DNA of 64,000 nt from Turneriella sp. Its GTDB lineage: Bacteria; Spirochaetota; Leptospiria; Turneriellales; Turneriellaceae. Both the position numbers and the translations under genes were made by a program. Location: contig CBDIID010000003.1 in NCBI GenBank assembly GCA_965279515.1, forward strand, positions 3,968,001 through 4,032,000, in the 5' to 3' direction. Position 1 is the stretch's first letter. The number at the start of each line of letters is the position of its first letter. Below are positions 29,320 to 39,353 of this stretch, in pieces. The notes under the pieces are model-generated. The model was not told the origin of the DNA. It made no database searches and saw nothing but the letters and a program-made list of their open reading frames with translations.

Positions 29320-29805
29320 GTGCCGGAAGCTCCGGACCACAGCGCTGCCCGCGAAGAATTCACGAATATCCGTGTTAGCCGCGACCGCAGCAGCGGTGCG
29401 AGCCTCTGGTTTACCGGCCCCAAGCAGATTGTTAACGATAAGGTAATATCGTATTTTAAACAGCACCTGTTCCGCGACGCGAAGGGCATTTATATTTACC
29501 AAACCTTCCGGCAGTTTGCGGAAAAGGGTTATATTACCGTCGAAGGCCCGCTGCTCGAAGTTTTCCGGGTCGACGCCGAAAAAATCACCTTCGACAACCT
29601 CGACGAATTACCGACCGCTGAGGTGAGAGTCACATTAAACAGCGACGATGAAGCGCCCTATATCTATTACCCACGCCTGCAGTGTTATGCCACTGTGGCC
29701 GCTGGCGTAAGTCCGTTCTTCTCTGAGTTCTTAGCCGAACAGGGGGATGGATTTACATTCTGCGGAAAACCGGTGCTGGTGGAACAGATCTCCCGTTGGA
29801 GTTGA
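29320..29805 (+). CDS. Hypothetical protein
   Basis: 161-aa ORF directly after glpX. Confidence 0.55.
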   Translation: MPEAPDHSAAREEFTNIRVSRDRSSGASLWFTGPKQIVNDKVISYFKQHLFRDAKGIYIYQTFRQFAEKGYITVEGPLLEVFRVDAEKITFDNLDELPTAEVRVTLNSDDEAPYIYYPRLQCYATVAAGVSPFFSEFLAEQGDGFTFCGKPVLVEQISRWS

Positions 29806-29869
29806 AAGCTTAGTTTTCCGAAAGCGCTTTGTCTTTTTTAAAGAAAGGATTGACACACTATTTAGTAAT

Positions 29870-29891
29870 GCAAATGAGACTTATTCTCAGT
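29870..29891. promoter_or_regulatory. Fur box upstream of the heme operon
   Basis: TGAGACT-T-ATTCTCA 7-1-7 repeat; 13/19 match to GATAATGATAATCATTATC; TTGACA at 29850. Confidence 0.75.
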
Positions 29892-29904
29892 TGCAGGTGG
29901 GTAT

Positions 29905-30447
29905 ATGGAAGCAGGTAAAATCGAAAAAATTCAATCCCAGATGGAGGGCCTTCTCGCATCGCGGGAGTCGCTGCTCCTGGCGAGCGTCAGCGCTGACGGC
30001 GTGCCGCATGCGAGCTATGCCCCGACGGTCGCAGGTGAGGGGGGTAAGTATTACATCCACATCAGCGAACTCGCCAAACATTTTCACAATCTTTCGGCGA
30101 ATGGCAAGGTTTCGGCGCTGCTCATCGAAGACGAAAAAGACGCCGCCAATATCTTTGCCCGTAAGCGCCTGACGCTCGAAGGCAAGGCTGTCCAGGTCGA
30201 TAAGGCGAGCCCGCTTTGGACTGATGTGATGAGCCGTTTCACGCAGAAGTTCGGGGCCTTCTTCGAAGAATCGCTGCGCAACCTCAATGACTTTCATACC
30301 TTTGAGCTCAGCTTTGACAATGGCACTCTGGTGCTGGGTTTTGGCGCGGCTTTCAGGCTGACGGGTGAAGAGCTGGGCAAGATTGATTGGCTCAGGGGCG
30401 CTCACGGCAGCGAAGGCACCGGTCTCGCGCATGTCGAAGCGAAATGA
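29905..30447 (+). CDS. hutZ: HutZ/HugZ-like heme utilization protein (split barrel)
   Basis: PHASYAP, YIHISELAKHFHNL, LLIEDE, IFARKRLT, LVLGFGAAF. Confidence 0.8.
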   Translation: MEAGKIEKIQSQMEGLLASRESLLLASVSADGVPHASYAPTVAGEGGKYYIHISELAKHFHNLSANGKVSALLIEDEKDAANIFARKRLTLEGKAVQVDKASPLWTDVMSRFTQKFGAFFEESLRNLNDFHTFELSFDNGTLVLGFGAAFRLTGEELGKIDWLRGAHGSEGTGLAHVEAK

Positions 30448-30450
30448 CGC

Positions 30451-31254
30451 ATGACCGTTACGACAGATAAAACCGATCTCGCGGCGCGATTGGCCGGGCT
30501 TAAAGAAAAAAATCCGCATGCGTATCCGCGCGACTATGCAGCGCAGCTGGGCATCAGCGAAGCGGAGCTGACACCGGTATTTTACCCGGGCAGGGCGCAA
30601 GAGTTGCCCTCGCTCGCTGCCGTCCTGGAAAGCCTCGCGAAGCTTACGCGCGTCAAGCTCATGGCGCGCACGGGTTTTGCCGTCTTTGAACTTTTTACTC
30701 AGGTGGATTTCCTCAGTGAAGGTTCTGCGTTCGTGCTCAGGAGCGCCACGTGCTTCATAGCCCTCAATGCCGTCGAACTCGGCAGCATTTATTTTCTCTC
30801 ACCGCCCTCGGAAAAAGAGAAGGCCGCGGTGCTGATTTTCGATAAGGCCGGCGCGGCAGCGCTCAAGATCTATATCGAAGCGCATGAATTCGATACCGCG
30901 CTGCTCAACGCCGAAGCCGATGTCGTGCCGGGTCAAAGTGCAGATATCCGTGCTTTGCTTGAAAAGCACCGTACACTGCCTGCTGCTGCAGCCACTGAAA
31001 CAACCCCGCGTCTCTTGATTGAAGCCGCGGCGGGAAAAGACCGGGTCGCCTTCGAACTTGTGACGCCGGCGATTGCCGTATCGATGCAACATACGCCGGT
31101 GAAGGTTGTCGATGCCCGCGGCTGGTTCAATATTCTCGACGAAGATTTTAACCTGCACCTGAAAGAAGACGCCATCACGCGTGTCACTGCGGGAAAAACA
31201 CTGCATCTCGAAAGCGCTTCGGGAGAAGCGATTGATCTCTGGAGGATCTCATGA
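30451..31254 (+). CDS. hmuS: HemS/ChuS/HmuS-like hemin handling protein (short)
   Basis: RDYAAQLGISEAEL; GWFNILDEDFNLHL. Confidence 0.7.
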   Translation: MTVTTDKTDLAARLAGLKEKNPHAYPRDYAAQLGISEAELTPVFYPGRAQELPSLAAVLESLAKLTRVKLMARTGFAVFELFTQVDFLSEGSAFVLRSATCFIALNAVELGSIYFLSPPSEKEKAAVLIFDKAGAAALKIYIEAHEFDTALLNAEADVVPGQSADIRALLEKHRTLPAAAATETTPRLLIEAAAGKDRVAFELVTPAIAVSMQHTPVKVVDARGWFNILDEDFNLHLKEDAITRVTAGKTLHLESASGEAIDLWRIS

Positions 31255-32090
31255 AGAAAATATTCTTAATTCTCGGGGCACTATTCACCCTGTCACTCGC
31301 AGCAGAGCCGGCTCGGCTCGTGACTGTAGGCGCCATGGCGAGTGAACTTGTCGCCGATCTCGGCCATGCCTCCGAAATCGTCGCCGTCGACATCACGTCT
31401 GTCTATCCGCGCGAGCTTCTGCAAAAACCGAAAGTCGGCTATGTCTCGAAGCTGAGTGCCGAAGGCATTCTCTCGATGAAGCCCACGGCAGTCATCTATG
31501 TCGACGGCGCCGGCCCGGCCCAGGTACTGCAACAGCTCGAGCAAAGCGGCGTAAAGCTGCACAAGCTGAGCAAAGAACTGGGTACACCGGCGGCTTCTGA
31601 GCGTATTCTTGCGCTTGGCAAAATTCTGAACGAAGATGTAAAAGCCAAGTCCCTCGCGAAAAAGGTTCAGCTTTCTTTGACGGAGCTGGCAAAACAAAAA
31701 TCGGGGGCGAAGCGCCCTAAGGTGCTTTTTCTTTATGCTCGTGGTGCGCAGACGCTGTTGGCGATGGGCAAAAACACCACCGCCGACGAGTTTATCGCCC
31801 TTTCTGGCGCAGACAACGCTTTCAACGCCGATGGTTATAAACCCATCAACGCCGAAGCTGTCGCTGCATCGCAGGCCGATATTATTATGATTCCCGAAGG
31901 CAGCCTGCAGGGGCTCGGCGGCAAAGATTCGCTTAGGGGCATTCCGGGCATCGCCCAGATTCCCGCGGGCAAAAACCTTGCGGTAGTTACCCTCGACGAT
32001 TCCCTGCTCGCCGGTCTGGGGCCGAGAACGGCAGAAGCCGTCCGCACCATCCGTAAAAAAATAGCTGAAGAATTGGCGCGCACAAAATGA
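31251..32090 (+). CDS. hmuT: Hemin ABC transporter substrate-binding protein
   Basis: IVAVDITSVYP, VGYVSKLSAEGILSMKP (heme Tyr), GLGPR. Confidence 0.85.
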   Translation: MKKIFLILGALFTLSLAAEPARLVTVGAMASELVADLGHASEIVAVDITSVYPRELLQKPKVGYVSKLSAEGILSMKPTAVIYVDGAGPAQVLQQLEQSGVKLHKLSKELGTPAASERILALGKILNEDVKAKSLAKKVQLSLTELAKQKSGAKRPKVLFLYARGAQTLLAMGKNTTADEFIALSGADNAFNADGYKPINAEAVAASQADIIMIPEGSLQGLGGKDSLRGIPGIAQIPAGKNLAVVTLDDSLLAGLGPRTAEAVRTIRKKIAEELARTK

Positions 32091-33205
32091 TGAACCTGCG
32101 CGGCGGATCAGCGGCTTCGACACCTGTATTACCCGGCGCCCCAGGCGCTGCGGTTCCCGGGCCGAACTTGTTCTCACGCATACTGCAGCGCCTTGGTGAG
32201 AATAAACGCGTGCTGAGTCTCGTGGTTCTCGGCGGCATTCTTTTGCTCTCTGTATGGGCAGCGCTTTCATTCGGCGCCGCGCGCGAATATTCAATTTCCT
32301 CCCTCTTTAGCGGTACAGAATTTGAGCGCGATATTCTGCTGAATATCCGCATGCCGCGCGTACTCTTTGCTCTGTTCTGCGGCGCGGGCCTTGCGATCAC
32401 GGGTGTGCTGGCGCAGTGCCTGTTCCGCAACCCCCTCGCCGAACCCTATCTCATGGGTACGTCTGCCGGCGCGATGCTGTTTGCCATCATCGCCATTTTT
32501 GCTTCGAGCCGCCTCGGCACGAATTTTCATCTCGGTGCCTTCAAGGGTATCGGGCCCGCAGTATTTTCTTTCATCGGCGCTGCGCTTGCCTGCGGCATCG
32601 TACTGCGGCTCGGCAAGACCAGCGGCGGGCAGGTGCACTTTGTGCTGCTTGCCGGCATCGCCATCAATGCGCTGGCGTCTTCATTCAGCGGTGTGTTTAT
32701 CTTTCTGGCGAATGACCGCGAGCTGCGCGACATCACATTCTGGAATCTCGGCAGTTACGGAGCAGCGACATATCCGGCCGTTTTTATGGCGGGGAGTGTC
32801 GCCCTCGTTGCCGGCATCACCGCATACGTGATGCGGCGCCGCCTCGACGCCCTGCTTTTAGGCGAGCAGGTCGCTTTTGATTTGGGCGTAAAAGTCAAGC
32901 GTGATCGCCGCATCCTGTTCTTTCTCATCGTGCTCTGCCAGGGGGTGCTGGTTTCGCTCACGGGCATGATCATGTTTGTGTCCCTGGTCGCTCCCCACCT
33001 GACGCGCATGCTCGTCGGGGCCTCTCATCGTTATCTTGTTTTGGGTTCGATCCTTCTGGGGTCGATCATCTCGCTGCTCGCAGACACGGTGGCGCGCCGC
33101 GCCGCTGCGCCGGCGGAGATTCCGCTGGGGGTGCTGACCGGTCTTTTAGGGGCACCGTTCTTTCTCTATATGCTGACGCGGCATAAGGCGAGGGCGATAT
33201 CATGA
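32087..33205 (+). CDS. hmuU: Hemin ABC transporter permease (FecCD family)
   Basis: IRMPR, LFRNPLAEP, APHLTR, EIPLGVLT.LLGAPFF. Confidence 0.88.
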   Translation: MMNLRGGSAASTPVLPGAPGAAVPGPNLFSRILQRLGENKRVLSLVVLGGILLLSVWAALSFGAAREYSISSLFSGTEFERDILLNIRMPRVLFALFCGAGLAITGVLAQCLFRNPLAEPYLMGTSAGAMLFAIIAIFASSRLGTNFHLGAFKGIGPAVFSFIGAALACGIVLRLGKTSGGQVHFVLLAGIAINALASSFSGVFIFLANDRELRDITFWNLGSYGAATYPAVFMAGSVALVAGITAYVMRRRLDALLLGEQVAFDLGVKVKRDRRILFFLIVLCQGVLVSLTGMIMFVSLVAPHLTRMLVGASHRYLVLGSILLGSIISLLADTVARRAAAPAEIPLGVLTGLLGAPFFLYMLTRHKARAIS

Positions 33206-33975
33206 TTCTCGCCGCCGAAAATCTCGAATATCGTATCAACAGCCGCCTAACGCTGCGCATGCCGAATTTTCAGGTGGCTGCCGGCGAAATTGTCGGCCTC
33301 TTGGGTCCGAACGGCGCAGGCAAGACGACTTTGCTGAATATTGTGACAGGCCTTGTCAGGCCGCACCGCGGCAAGGTAAACCTCAACGGCAAAGATCTAT
33401 TTGCTCTCACCGCGCTCGAGGCCGCGGCGCAACGCTCGGTGATGCGCGCGGCGCATATTGGCGACGGTGCACAGGGGCTCAGTGTGCGCGAGATTATCAC
33501 GCTCGGCAATCTTTCAAATCCGATGCATCCGCGGCTTGCTAATGTACTGGTTGCGGCTTTCGCACACTGCTTCGATCTGGTCGAGCTACTCGACACAGAT
33601 TTTTCTGTCCTGTCAAGCGGTGAGAAACAGCGCGTGCATGCTGCGCGCATTTTTCTCCAGCTGCATGGCCGCGAAAAGGGCCACCTGGTTTTTCTCGACG
33701 AACCCTATGCCCATCTCGATGCGCGGCATACGCAGATTCTCGCGCAGGAACTCGCGACTCTCAAAAAAGACGGCGCCGGCATTGTCGTCATTCTGCACGA
33801 TATTAATTTTGCCGCGCGCCATTGCGACCGCGTGTGTTTCATCAAGGAGGCGGAGATGATCGGCGAATCAGCTGCCGCAAAGATCTATGACCCGGCTTTG
33901 CTGGCTAAGGTCTATGGTGCATCCTTTACCGTGCTGAAGTCGGGCAAGAGTCGTTATGTTGTTTCAGATTATTAA
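33202..33975 (+). CDS. hmuV: Hemin ABC transporter ATPase
   Basis: GPNGAGKT, LSSGEKQR, FLDEP, LHDIN. Confidence 0.88.
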   Translation: MILAAENLEYRINSRLTLRMPNFQVAAGEIVGLLGPNGAGKTTLLNIVTGLVRPHRGKVNLNGKDLFALTALEAAAQRSVMRAAHIGDGAQGLSVREIITLGNLSNPMHPRLANVLVAAFAHCFDLVELLDTDFSVLSSGEKQRVHAARIFLQLHGREKGHLVFLDEPYAHLDARHTQILAQELATLKKDGAGIVVILHDINFAARHCDRVCFIKEAEMIGESAAAKIYDPALLAKVYGASFTVLKSGKSRYVVSDY

Positions 33976-33988
33976 CAGGGAGGATGTG

Positions 33989-34645
33989 ATGCGTATTTCA
34001 GCTTATTTTATGATCGGGGTGTCATTGGCGGTAATCCATTGTGCGGCAGATCTGCAGACCTCGGATGGCGGTATTAAAAGTTCCAATACCGTGGCGGCGG
34101 TGACCACCACCTCTTTAGGCGACGGTACATTCAAAACCATAATCGATGCCACTTCAACTTCAGCGTGGCGGTATTTCAATTTTGAAACTTCCGCCGAAGC
34201 CACAGTGAACAATCCGCAGAGCGACGCCGCCTGGGATCTCGGCTTTCAACGTTTTTTGATTAAGGTGAACGGAGGCATCAGCGGCACGGCGGGGGCGGCG
34301 GTGCAACCGATTACGGGGGCGAGTTTTACGGCACTGACGCAATCCCCCATTTTCACAACACCCCTCGTGGATGTGGCAGACGCGGGGGACGCAAACGACG
34401 CATGCCGGCCAACTACCGCGAATGTTCTTTATGCCTTTTTGAAATCCACGCAGGTGCCGAATGCCTGCTGGCTCTATTACACCGGTGCCCCGGATCACCA
34501 GCTTTTGTCGCGTAAAGACGATGTCGCCTATGTCGTTCGCACCAGCAATCCCAAGTACTATAAGGTGCAGGTGCTCAGCTATTATGGTTCCACAGGAACT
34601 TCTGGGATCATGTCTTTCCGTTGGGCGGAGGTCGCTGCACCGTGA
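33989..34645 (+). CDS. hmuY: HmuY-family heme-binding lipoprotein
   Basis: AVIH-C lipobox; WRYFNF, WDLGFQR..IKVNGG.SG, YYKVQVLSYY...GTSG. Confidence 0.85.
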   Translation: MRISAYFMIGVSLAVIHCAADLQTSDGGIKSSNTVAAVTTTSLGDGTFKTIIDATSTSAWRYFNFETSAEATVNNPQSDAAWDLGFQRFLIKVNGGISGTAGAAVQPITGASFTALTQSPIFTTPLVDVADAGDANDACRPTTANVLYAFLKSTQVPNACWLYYTGAPDHQLLSRKDDVAYVVRTSNPKYYKVQVLSYYGSTGTSGIMSFRWAEVAAP

Positions 34646-36651
34646 TTTTGGCTTTTTTTAAATGGTTTATAATGAGAATAAGTATCATTATCATTATAAA
34701 TGTCTCTGCAATAGCCGCAGCCCCCGCTGAACCCGAAGAAGATGCCTCCGGTATCGAACGCAGATTGCGGCATAAAAAAGTCATTATCTCGGCCGCACGC
34801 ACCGAGACGCAACTCGCCGATTCGGTCGTTCAGGTGGAAGTCATATCAAAGGAAGACATCCGCAACAGGGGCGCCCGTACGGTTTCAGATGTCTTGAATA
34901 ATCAGACGGGTTTCTTCATTCAGCGCTCGGGTATTTCGGGAGATAACGTACAGATACAGGGACTGAACTCGACATACCTGCTGATTCTGCGAGACGGAGA
35001 GAGAATTAATGGCAGGCTGAATGGCGGAAATTACGATCTGTCGCGCCTGCGTGTAGAAAATATCGAGCGGATCGAAATTGTGCGGGGATCTGCTTCGGCG
35101 GTGTATGGGGCAGATGCGATTGCGGGCGTCATCAACATCGTTACGCGGCAACCGGACAAGCCGCGTGCCGAGGCCCGCATCCAGGGCGGGAATATGGGAG
35201 CCCTCGACGCCGCTGCGGCTTTCAGTTTCCCCCTGGGTAAGTTTGGCTTTAAGGGAGCGGGAGGCTACCGGACCCAACAACCTTTTCGTTATGACAAAAA
35301 TTCTGTCAAAACCGACGGCCGCGGTATCGTCGATTATTCGGGCGAGGGCGGTGTCGAATACAATTTTGCGCCGAATTGGGTTGCCGCGGTCCAGGGCGAT
35401 TACCAGCAGCGCAGGCTCTGGGGAACAGATGCCCTGATCTCGGGCGGTATTTTCGACCGGACAAATCTGACAGAAACAGGGCAGGCGGCTTTTCGTATTC
35501 ATACGCGGCGAAACACGGACACATATAACCAGAACCTGACCGAGCGTGACGATTCCAAACTGCGCAAAGAATTGGATCAGGACTATGGCAAGGCGGATTT
35601 CAGGCTGAACGGCAGTTATACCTTGTTTAAGGATCAGTATCTTTACGATCAGCGCAATGATACCGCACTCGATAAATATGAACCGACGCGCGAGAACACT
35701 TATGTAATCCACGGTCAGGCGGCCATACCCGTCGGCATAGGGCGACTGACAACAGGCGCCGAAGGGTTTTTTGAAAATCTCACCACGGTTCGTATTGTTC
35801 CCGATTTCGTCAAGCGGCACCGGGCGTCGGGTTATACGCAACTGGAGAGCCGTTTTTTTGACGGCCTGGTGATTACACCCGGTGTCCGTTATGACCACGA
35901 TTCGCAATTCGGCGACTATGTCTCGCCCCGTATCGGCGCTAAGTGGGGCAATGAAGATTTTATTATCCGGGCGAGCGCCGGTATGGGGTACCGCGCCCCG
36001 TCATTCCGCGAACTGTACCTGTACTTTGAAAATCCCTCAGTGGGTTATACCGCCGTTGGGAATCCCCTTCTTAACGCCGAAAGCACGAAGAGCGTCAATT
36101 TTGGAGCAGAAGCTTATGTGACGAAAAAACTGAGCCTGGATGTGAATGCCTATTTTAATGACATCAGCAATTACATTGCGACTAAAACAGTCACGCTAAA
36201 TCCGCTGGCTTTCCAGTATGACAATATCGCGCGCGCGAATACAACGGGACTGGACAACCGGATAACCTATTATGTACATAAATACCTGCGCGCGTCGCTC
36301 GGCTATTCCCTGACTTTTGCAGAGAATGTCGGCAGGGGCCTGCCTTTGCAGGGAGTTGCGAGGCATCGGGGTAATGTGGGATTCTTATTCCGTTACAGAG
36401 GCCTGATGCTGCGCGGACTGCTTTCTGTGGTCGATCGCATGCCGTATTATGTGAATACAGATCTGGCGACGCAGGTGGATTATTATACTGCGCCTTATTG
36501 GACCGCCGACGTCAATGCAGAGTATCTGGTGGCTGGTGGATTCAGTATCTATGCCGGGGGGGAGAATCTCAATTCAGCGGGCGATATAAATTACCTGCCG
36601 ATGGCACCCGTGCGGATATACGGCGGCGTGCGTTACATTTTCGGAGATTGA
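34642..36651 (+). CDS. TonB-dependent (heme) receptor
   Basis: Plug IERIEIVRGSASAVYGADAIAGVINIVT; YRAPSFRELY, GNPLLNAE; GTGA overlap with hmuY stop (alternative ATG 34672). Confidence 0.9.
   Translation: MILAFFKWFIMRISIIIIINVSAIAAAPAEPEEDASGIERRLRHKKVIISAARTETQLADSVVQVEVISKEDIRNRGARTVSDVLNNQTGFFIQRSGISGDNVQIQGLNSTYLLILRDGERINGRLNGGNYDLSRLRVENIERIEIVRGSASAVYGADAIAGVINIVTRQPDKPRAEARIQGGNMGALDAAAAFSFPLGKFGFKGAGGYRTQQPFRYDKNSVKTDGRGIVDYSGEGGVEYNFAPNWVAAVQGDYQQRRLWGTDALISGGIFDRTNLTETGQAAFRIHTRRNTDTYNQNLTERDDSKLRKELDQDYGKADFRLNGSYTLFKDQYLYDQRNDTALDKYEPTRENTYVIHGQAAIPVGIGRLTTGAEGFFENLTTVRIVPDFVKRHRASGYTQLESRFFDGLVITPGVRYDHDSQFGDYVSPRIGAKWGNEDFIIRASAGMGYRAPSFRELYLYFENPSVGYTAVGNPLLNAESTKSVNFGAEAYVTKKLSLDVNAYFNDISNYIATKTVTLNPLAFQYDNIARANTTGLDNRITYYVHKYLRASLGYSLTFAENVGRGLPLQGVARHRGNVGFLFRYRGLMLRGLLSVVDRMPYYVNTDLATQVDYYTAPYWTADVNAEYLVAGGFSIYAGGENLNSAGDINYLPMAPVRIYGGVRYIFGD
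34668..34698. promoter_or_regulatory. Extended Fur box within the 5' end of the receptor gene
   Basis: TATAATGAGAATAAGTATCATTATCATTATA; two overlapping 15/19 matches. Confidence 0.65.
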
Positions 36652-36682
36652 AGCTTTTAACGGAACGGAGCAGGCATGGGCT

Positions 36683-36705
36683 TTAAATGAGAATGATTCT
36701 CGTTA
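36683..36705. promoter_or_regulatory. Fur box
   Basis: TGAGAAT-G-ATTCTCG 7-1-7 repeat. Confidence 0.7.
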
Positions 36706-36742
36706 TTGATTGTGTTGTTTTAAAAAATAAAAGGAGAAAAAT

Positions 36743-37405
36743 ATGAAAAAAGGAAAAATCAAAATGCTCATCGCGATTTGCGGCATGAGCCTTATTGCTG
36801 CACAGTGTGCGAAGACAGAAGAGGCGGCGGCCGCCAAGGCAACGGAATGTACAACGGAGACAACAGGGTACGCAACGGGCACGTATGTTGCGTTGTGTAC
36901 GCCTGAAGCGGGAGCGGGACGATTTTTCGTACTTCAAGGGCTGAATTCTGCAGCGGTGAACGGATTTGCATACATTTTTGTCGGCTATAGTGCGACACCA
37001 ACAACTGCATCTGCCTTCACAACGGGACAATATGCCTTGATCACCGGCCGTTCTAATGGTCCGGTGAGTTTCAGTTATTTCAGGAATGCAACCGCAACAT
37101 ATTCTGGTACGGAAGCAAACGGTTCAGCGACACCCGATATTTATGCATCCACCAATATCGAAGTCTGCGCGGAATTTGTACCTGCAACAGGCGCTGCGCC
37201 GCGCGTCATCTTCTGGGTGACGGGCCAGAACGGTGCCAATTGCGCTTCGCGTACAAATTTGACGCAGGCAACGGCGCTCGTCAACTACGCGGCATTTACC
37301 GATAACACCAATGCCTTAACGTTAGGGCAGGCGTATTACCGCTTTAACAATACGGCATTGCTCAGCGGTACGAAGATCATTGTTTCCTCAAAAAGCAATT
37401 TCTGA
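36743..37405 (+). CDS. Thr/Ala-rich lipoprotein of unknown function
   Basis: SD AGGAG; basic N-terminus; LIAAQ-C lipobox. Confidence 0.75.
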   Translation: MKKGKIKMLIAICGMSLIAAQCAKTEEAAAAKATECTTETTGYATGTYVALCTPEAGAGRFFVLQGLNSAAVNGFAYIFVGYSATPTTASAFTTGQYALITGRSNGPVSFSYFRNATATYSGTEANGSATPDIYASTNIEVCAEFVPATGAAPRVIFWVTGQNGANCASRTNLTQATALVNYAAFTDNTNALTLGQAYYRFNNTALLSGTKIIVSSKSNF

Positions 37406-37407
37406 TT

Positions 37408-38454
37408 TTAGTTTTCTTCCAGCCAGCCCAGCACTTCGCTGAGCGGCTTGGAGGAGACGATCGTGTGGTAGACACCCTTTTCGAGAAAATAAACCGACTT
37501 AAACGCGCCAGCGAAGTTCACCCGGTATTTGCGCTTCGCTTCCAGTAAAAGCCCGCGCGGCGGTATCAGGTTCAAACCATAATCTTTCACCTGCGTGTAG
37601 TAGGTCTGGTATGGCAGGTTTTCGAAGTAAGCCGTGAATGCGGGGATGATCCCCTGCACACGGATAATTTTTTTCAAGGGAAACTCAGCAGAGCTTTTCG
37701 GCAATACAATTTTGAAATTTGCGGCGGCGTTCGCGGCTGTTAAAGAGAAATTCTTACCCGCGAGGTCATATTCGGCGACAGTTGTACCCGGCGGAAATCT
37801 GAATGTCAAATCATTCTCCGCTGTTTTTTGGAATGTTATCTCACGGAACTCAAGGCGGTATTTTTCATTGCCGTTCTTTCGCATGATCGTCCGAAGCGCA
37901 AAGGCATAGTTCGGCTCGACAAATGCCTGCCATTCGAAGCTGAAGGGCGATGCGGCAAATGCAGCGTTGGGTTTGTAGAGAATGCCCTTTGTCTCATAAC
38001 CCGCGACCTGCGCGTCTTCGAGCTGGCTGATGTCATAGTGATCGACATGCCAGTCATATTCGAGTTCAAGCCAGCGCACCTGATCGGATAAAGAAAGCTC
38101 GGGCACGTTGCGGTAACGGATGCCGAATCCCGATTTAGGGAAATGCGTGGCGAGTGTGCTGCCGGCATAGTGGAGCACGCTGCCTTCGGCGGCGCCTTTC
38201 GAAACCGTTTTCGCCGTCGCGGCAACCGGATTGACGCGCGCCGAGATGCGGGTGTCCTGTGGCGTTTTGGCGACGCCGGTTTCGCTGTACGTGCCGGTAA
38301 ATGCCGTGAGCGTCGCCATGCGCTTCAGGATAGTCTCTTTTTCGAGCTTGCGCATGCCCTTGGAGCAGAACACACATAAGCCGGTAACAATGCAGATTCC
38401 CAGAATGAGAATACTGCTCCGTCCTTGGCGGGAGGTCCTTGTTTTCCATTTCAT
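37408..38454 (-). CDS. Putative LolA/MucB-like lipoprotein
   Basis: Hydrophobic N-terminus with VF-C; VAGYET, LEFREITF, FRFPPGT pattern. Confidence 0.5.
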   Translation of the reverse strand: MKWKTRTSRQGRSSILILGICIVTGLCVFCSKGMRKLEKETILKRMATLTAFTGTYSETGVAKTPQDTRISARVNPVAATAKTVSKGAAEGSVLHYAGSTLATHFPKSGFGIRYRNVPELSLSDQVRWLELEYDWHVDHYDISQLEDAQVAGYETKGILYKPNAAFAASPFSFEWQAFVEPNYAFALRTIMRKNGNEKYRLEFREITFQKTAENDLTFRFPPGTTVAEYDLAGKNFSLTAANAAANFKIVLPKSSAEFPLKKIIRVQGIIPAFTAYFENLPYQTYYTQVKDYGLNLIPPRGLLLEAKRKYRVNFAGAFKSVYFLEKGVYHTIVSSKPLSEVLGWLEEN

Positions 38455-39341
38455 ATGAACCACCTCGGATTTTTAATCACTACGACAAATACACAGAGGC
38501 TCGCTATTAAAAGCAATACCGCGAGCAGAAGCGACGTCTTTTGCCGCAAGTAGACATCCCCCTCGGCTGGTCGGATGCCATGGCGGGAAAAAATATTCTT
38601 CACGAATGCCCATGGCCCCCAGATCTGGGCAAAAATAATTTCGCCGCGCGGCGCCGGCTCGTGGATGCCAAATGCCACCGGATTTGTTTCAGGAACGAAG
38701 GTGCCAAAGAGTTTATCCCAGAAAATGAAAATGCCGGCGAAATTCTGATCGATGTATTCGGGGTTCATGCCGTGGTGCACGCGGTGGTGTGACGGTGTGT
38801 TGAAGAGCCAGCCCCAGAAACGCGGCAGGTTCACAAGCTGCGTGTGCATGAAGAACTGGTAGGTGAGCGACGCCGCCTGCACAAGCAGAATGTGTTCGAC
38901 CTTGAAGCCGGCGAGCGCCAGCGGCAGCCAGAACAGAATCCCGGGAAACGGCAGCCAGGTTTGCCTGAGGCCCACCGAAAGATTGAATTCATTCGACGAA
39001 TGGTGCACGACGTGGGACATCCACAGCAGCGAAAGTTTGTGGCTGAGCCTGTGAAACCAGTAGAAGCAGAAGTCGTCGGCAACAATCAGCAGCACCCAAT
39101 ACCACCACGTAATGGGGAGCTTTGCCGTGCCGAGCGAGAGCTGCAGATAGCTCATGATCAGGTATTCGAGATAGCCGTAGATTGCGGCGATGACCAGGTA
39201 GATGGTATAGGCCGAAACATTCGTCAGCGTGCCGGCGAGCGAATAGACATGCCGGCGCAGCGCGAGTGACAACAAGAGCTCAATCAATACGATCGCATTG
39301 ACGAAGCCAAGAGTGATGACGACGCTCTGGTGCCAGGGCAT
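38451..39341 (-). CDS. Sterol desaturase/fatty acid hydroxylase family (AGMO-like)
   Basis: YWFHRLSH, SHVVHHSS.EFNLSVGLRQ, HTQ, NTPSHHRVHH, WDKLFGTF. Confidence 0.88.
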   Translation of the reverse strand: MPWHQSVVITLGFVNAIVLIELLLSLALRRHVYSLAGTLTNVSAYTIYLVIAAIYGYLEYLIMSYLQLSLGTAKLPITWWYWVLLIVADDFCFYWFHRLSHKLSLLWMSHVVHHSSNEFNLSVGLRQTWLPFPGILFWLPLALAGFKVEHILLVQAASLTYQFFMHTQLVNLPRFWGWLFNTPSHHRVHHGMNPEYIDQNFAGIFIFWDKLFGTFVPETNPVAFGIHEPAPRGEIIFAQIWGPWAFVKNIFSRHGIRPAEGDVYLRQKTSLLLAVLLLIASLCVFVVVIKNPRWFI

Positions 39342-39353
39342 ATTATTTATTTC

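Noticed and set aside
31293..32294. Long antisense ORFs (also 34885..35907, 9677..10471, 55236..56003)
   Set aside because: Opposite well-supported genes, no motifs; typical shadow ORFs in GC-rich coding DNA
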